From Azolla caroliniana (lineage: Eukaryota; Plantae; Polypodiophyta): DNA of 64,000 nucleotides. The notes under the pieces were generated by a model. That model worked only from the letters and a program-made list of their open reading frames with translations. It ran no database searches and was not told the origin of the DNA. Shown here piece after piece: positions 60,300 to 64,000 of the stretch. A program made the position numbers and the translations under genes. Each line of letters starts with the position of its first letter. The first letter of the stretch is position 1. The stretch spans positions 17,236,001 to 17,300,000 of the forward strand of contig JBHGNT010000015.1 in the NCBI GenBank assembly GCA_043228905.1. The letters run 5' to 3'.

Positions 60300-61068
60300 G
60301 TTGCCGATTAGGAAAACGGTCCGCGGTCAGTCCTTCGACCTAGACCTCAAAGTGGGTGTGGAACAACAAACAGGTGTTTAAGCGTAATGCGTAGGGGAAG
60401 AATCCTTGTAACCTATCAGTGCATAAGGGAGACAGCTACAACCAAATCCCTATCACGGGTTACACTTACGTACTTACACGCTTAGGTATTCAAGACACAC
60501 ACACACAGTGAATTAGCCGTAGCTATACACAGGAAATCAGAGAAGATAGAATTCTATTATCAAGTGTTTCTTTACATTCCCCCAAATTACACGCACCTCT
60601 ATTAGAGGTTTTCTGCCCTTTATATATGCAGGGTCTATTTAGCCGTTCACGCTTCCTGCGTGAACTGTTATATGCGTTATGCTCTTATATAATTTCTTAT
60701 TCCTACGCTTTTGTCCGTCGGTTACTATTCCGGCGGACAACACTTGGCACGCTTGTGGGACAGTGCCCTGGCACGTTGGACCCATCCCGTTAATCCTCTT
60801 CCAAAATGGCCCGGATGTTTGGCTCTGCTGCGGTGTCCGCGTTCGGAGGTGACGTAGGGCCCGTAGGTGCATCATGGTGTGGCTCCTCTGTTTGGTCGGG
60901 ATGGTTTCTCCCGGAGTCGCAGTCGCCGTGTGTGGGCGGTCCGGGTACGGTGGGCTCTTCTTGAGCTAGTGGGTTGGGCTCCGCCGTTGTTGTGGTTGTA
61001 GTCGGCTGCGGCTCTGCCTCCATTGTGACGGGAACTACACGCTCCCTATACGCAATGCTCGGCCACAA
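60300..61068 (+). mobile_element. LTR-like segment (~60300-60742) with PBS-like TGGCACGCTTGTGGGAC and start of an internal region
   Basis: Ends GTTGCCG / CGGACAACA. The motif at 60745-60761 resembles a tRNA-Arg PBS. Orientation is not certain. Confidence 0.5.
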
Positions 61069-61293
61069 CCGAGCTTAGAGTCATACACAAAAAACGGGAA
61101 ATAATGAACGACACGAAGAAGGGACGAGTACGTAGGATGTTTACGTGGAAAACCCAAACTAAGGGAAAAACCACGGCAGCCCACAGGCTGCAAACTATCA
61201 CTATGTTAGAATGTACAACAGTGAGTTCACGGAGGCAACGACCTCGTGCTCACGATCCTCGCCACAAGCAGCAGTTACAATAGAGGCAACGAC

Positions 61294-61332
<39 letters not shown>

Positions 61333-64000
61333 CACTGTCGCTCTCTCTCTCTCTCTCTCCTTGCACCAACAAGAATAACAACCACCACTAAAAGATGGCC
61401 CTAAGTCATATTTATACTAATATGACTTTTCGGCTATTTACAAGTATAGCCATGATGGACTCTCAGAAACATATTTACGAATATGTCTCTTCATCCGGTG
61501 AGCACTCCTCACCGGGTCTGCACCATCCGGCTCTCCGTAGCCGGGTACTCCTCATCCGGTTCTCACCGGGTCTGCACCATCCGGCTCTCCGAAGCCGGGT
61601 ACTCCTCATCCGGTTCTCACCGGGTCTGCACCATCCGGCTCTCCGTAGCCGGGTACTCCTCATCCGGTTCTCACCGGGTCTGCACCATCCGGCTCTCTGT
61701 AGCCGGGTACTCCTCATCCGGTTCTCACCGGGTTTGTGCACCATCCGGCTCTCCGTAGCCGGGTACTCGTCATACAGTTTCGGCACTGCTCTTCTCCCTT
61801 CCCATCCGGAGGGACCTGTCTCCCAACAAACTCCCCCTTCACTCCGGCATGGGGTGTCTTACTAGTTCAATCCTCTTCCGGCATGCATCCAGCTTGTCGG
61901 GTATCAGCACTTTGGTTAGCATATCTGACCCGTTCTCGGCCATGTGGATCTTCGTCAGTGCGAACTACTGGTCATCAACTCTTTCCCAGATCCAGTGATA
62001 TCTTCGCTAGATATGCTTCGTCTGGGACTGGTAGGCCGCATTCTTAGCAAGATGGATGGCACTTTGACTGTCGCAATAGAGTCGGTATTCATCTTGCCGG
62101 ATACCGAGCTCTCCGGTGAAGTCCTTCATCCATAATATTTCCTTGCCGGCTTCCACAACTGCCATGTACTCCGCCTCCGTGGTTGACAATGCAACCGTCT
62201 TCTGCAGCCTTGACTGCCACGAAACAGCTGGGGGTATCCACATCAGCCGACATGTCCGAATCGGTGAAATCGTCAAGTTGAGGTTTTCCGGAGCCGAATT
62301 GGAGACACATATTTGAAGTGCCCTTCAAATACCGGAGTATCCATTTGACCACATTCCAGTGCTCCTTGCCGGGATTGCTCATAAACCGGCTCACCACTCC
62401 GACTGCGTATCCTATATCCGGTCGGGCACACACCATTGCGTACATCAAGCTCCCGACGGCAGAGGCATATGGAATCTTCATCATATCCGCCTTCTCTGCT
62501 TTCGTCTTCGGGCTTTGCTTACCGGATAGCCTGCAGTTTGCTGGAAGTGTCGATCCGACCGGTTTCGCATCTGACATGTTGAACCCAAGTCTTTCATTGA
62601 GAAGGTCCGGTTGAGAGCCTTCTTCAACATCCATATTTTGGCTTGGTCCCGTCCGACGATCAACATGTCGTCCACGTACAGAAGGAGTATCAGGAAGTCG
62701 CCTCCTTCGAACTTCTTGACAAACACGCAGTGATCGGCATGCATCTTGTGGTACCCTTGATCGGTCATGAAGGAATCGAACTTCCGGTACCATTGCCGGG
62801 GAGCCTACTTCAGTCCGTACAGGCTCTTCTTCAACTTGCATACCAGGTGCTCCTTTCGTTTCTCCACAAATCCCTCCGGTTGCTGCATGTAGATCTCCTC
62901 TTCGAGGTCGCCGTGAAGGAATGCCGTCTTCACGTCCAGCTGCTCTACCTCGAGGTCCATGCTCGCCGCTATACTCAGCACCGTCTGGATGGAGGTCATC
63001 TTTACTACCGGGGCAAATATCTCGTCAAAGTCCACGCCATTTTTCTGCTGGAACCCCTTCACCACGATCCTGGCTTTGTATCTCGGGGGGTTGCCGGCAT
63101 CTCCCGGTTTCAACTTGTACACCCACTTGTTTCGGAGTGCCCGCTTTCCTTTTGGCAACTCCACCAATTCGTACGTATGGTTCTCATGCAGGGAATCCAT
63201 CTCATCCTACATGGCACTTAACCATTCGCGGTTGTGGGCGTCATCCTTCGCTTCTTCGAAGCTTTCCGGCTCCCCCTCATCGGTCAGCAGAACATGCTCT
63301 GCATCCGGAAATCTCCGGGGCGCCCTTCTCTCTCTAAGTGGATATCTCCGTCTTCGGGATTCGGTAACCGGCTCCTCCATTTGCTCTTCATCCGAATCCG
63401 ATTCGGGGTCTTGGCCGGTTCCGGTTTCAGCTTCCTCTACTTCTTCTTCAGCCTGTTCGGTATCCTCACCGTAACCGGCTGGTCCCTTCAGTGCTAACCG
63501 GTCTCTTGCCGGTTGGGTCTGCTCATCGTAGAGTCGATCCTTATCGGTCGACTCGGAGTTCATTATCTTCTTCTCCGACTCCCAGTCGGCGAGCGTCTTG
63601 TCCTCCATGAAGATAATATCTCGACTCCGGAATACCTTCTTGTCGACCAGGTCCCACACTCGGTAGCTGAACTCATCGTCACCATAACCGAGGAATATGC
63701 ATGGCCGGGTCTTTGGATCTAACTTTCCTCTCTGGTCCTTAGCTACATGCATGTACGCGAGACACCCGAACACCTTCAAATGCCGGTAGGATACTTCCTT
63801 ACTGGTCCACACTCTCTGTGGCGTGTCTCCGTCCAAGGGTACTGAGGGTGATCTATTTATCACATATGTCGCCGTCAACAATGCCTCAACCCAAAACTTC
63901 TTGGGTAATTTTGCATGCGCTAGCATACTCCGGACCCTCTCCATTATGGGCCGATTCATCCTCTCGGCCAGTCCGTTTAGTTCCGGCGTCTTCGGCACGG
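61069..64000 (-). mobile_element. Ty1/copia element: integrase, RT, RNase H, PPT and 3' LTR (~61069-61828); continues beyond the window
   Basis: TPELNGLAERMN, YKARIVVKG, QLDVKTAFLHG, LLYVDDMLI, VALSTTEAEY, YCDSQSAIHLAKN. PPT GAAGGGGGAG at 61831-61840 next to TGTTGGGA. Confidence 0.95.
61508..61773. repeat. 54-bp tandem repeat, 5 copies, inside the copia LTR
   Basis: ACCGGGT anchor at 61511, 61565, 61619, 61673 and 61727. Confidence 0.95.

Noticed and set aside
61395-61865. ORFs with 18-aa repeats
   Set aside because: By-product of the 54-bp LTR repeat, which is open in several frames.

Overview
Repeat-rich nuclear DNA of a land plant; the gene and transposon types suggest a fern or other non-seed plant (inference). 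1-18 kb is a nest of decayed mobile elements: two related L1-like LINEs, an RTE/L2-like LINE fragment, a Tcn1-like Ty3/gypsy remnant with a solo LTR in its gag, two hAT MITEs and a purine-rich satellite-like tract. A gene island follows: mitochondrial-type rpL14 (GC-AG intron), an intronless PLS-class PPR, SAP18 (6 exons) and, at 43-44 kb, an atypical IBH1-like bHLH. The most unusual feature is a ~3.4 kb array (48.5-51.9 kb) of about 18 tRNA-Ser-derived heads in ~235 bp units. It shows higher-order periodicity, a conserved hairpin-rich spacer, drifting anticodons (TGA/CGA/CAA/GGA) and one fully foldable tRNA-Ser(UGA). The end of the window holds a two-LTR Ty3/gypsy element with a tRNA-Trp PBS and nested Ty1/copia pieces. 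All calls were made by eye, without database searches.
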